From assembly GCF_048593235.1 (NCBI RefSeq), contig NC_133620.1, forward strand, positions 37,326,852-37,390,851: DNA of 64,000 nucleotides, read 5' to 3'. Source of the stretch: Sminthopsis crassicaudata (Eukaryota). The translations under genes and the position numbers were made by a program. This document shows, in pieces, positions 63,891 through 64,000 of the stretch (the stretch's first letter is position 1; each line of letters opens with the position of its first letter). The notes under the pieces are model-generated. The model saw nothing but the letters and a program-made list of their open reading frames with translations. It had not been told where the DNA came from and did no database searches.

Positions 63891-64000
63891 GTAAGAACAA
63901 CAGTTATTAAGGGACTTCAAAAAGATGATAAAACCAGAATTGTTTGGGAGTAGATGGGGCAGGAGGGGAATGGAGATTTAATTCTAGTTGGATTAACATG

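Noticed and set aside
1-64000. CRISPR arrays, operons, rRNA/tRNA genes, NUMTs, telomeric arrays, known miRNAs
   Set aside because: None seen by eye. tRNA-like A/B boxes belong to SINE heads; repeats are simple or TE-derived, not repeat-spacer arrays. Infernal and BLAST were not run.

Overview
Marsupial genomic DNA, AT-rich and CpG-poor. WSINE1, Mar1, RTE-type SINEs, a marsupial 7SL-derived retroposon, dasyurid-type L1 3' ends and an OposCharlie1 (OC1) MITE point to a dasyurid, probably Tasmanian devil; this is inferred from repeat content only. I found no protein-coding gene, tRNA, rRNA or CRISPR array. The ORFs in the track that I could interpret are transposon remnants, microsatellites or assembly gaps; the rest match nothing I recognise. 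The ten N-gaps (228-359, 4761-4934, 8200-8349, 15061-15469, 30635-30793, 46339-46499, 53117-53580, 59803-60385, 60437-60570, 62443-62582) often abut low-complexity DNA. The window is a mosaic of MIR/Mar1/WSINE1, L2, L3/CR1, L1, RTE, hAT MITEs and one solo LTR. Between them lie about a dozen repeat-free, CpG-retaining, motif-rich islands that look like conserved non-coding elements in a gene desert or large intron. The best leads are a horizontally transferred OC1 MITE, tandem TAL1-GATA composite motifs, a 7SL retroposon with partial duplication and a nested L1, a solo LTR with perfect TSD, a convergent RTE structure with a 26-bp palindrome, and a 250-bp tandem duplication with a near-invariant core. 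I did not find a new multi-gene system. Repeat family names were assigned from remembered consensus sequences, not from a database search, and boundaries are approximate unless TSD or TIR coordinates are given.
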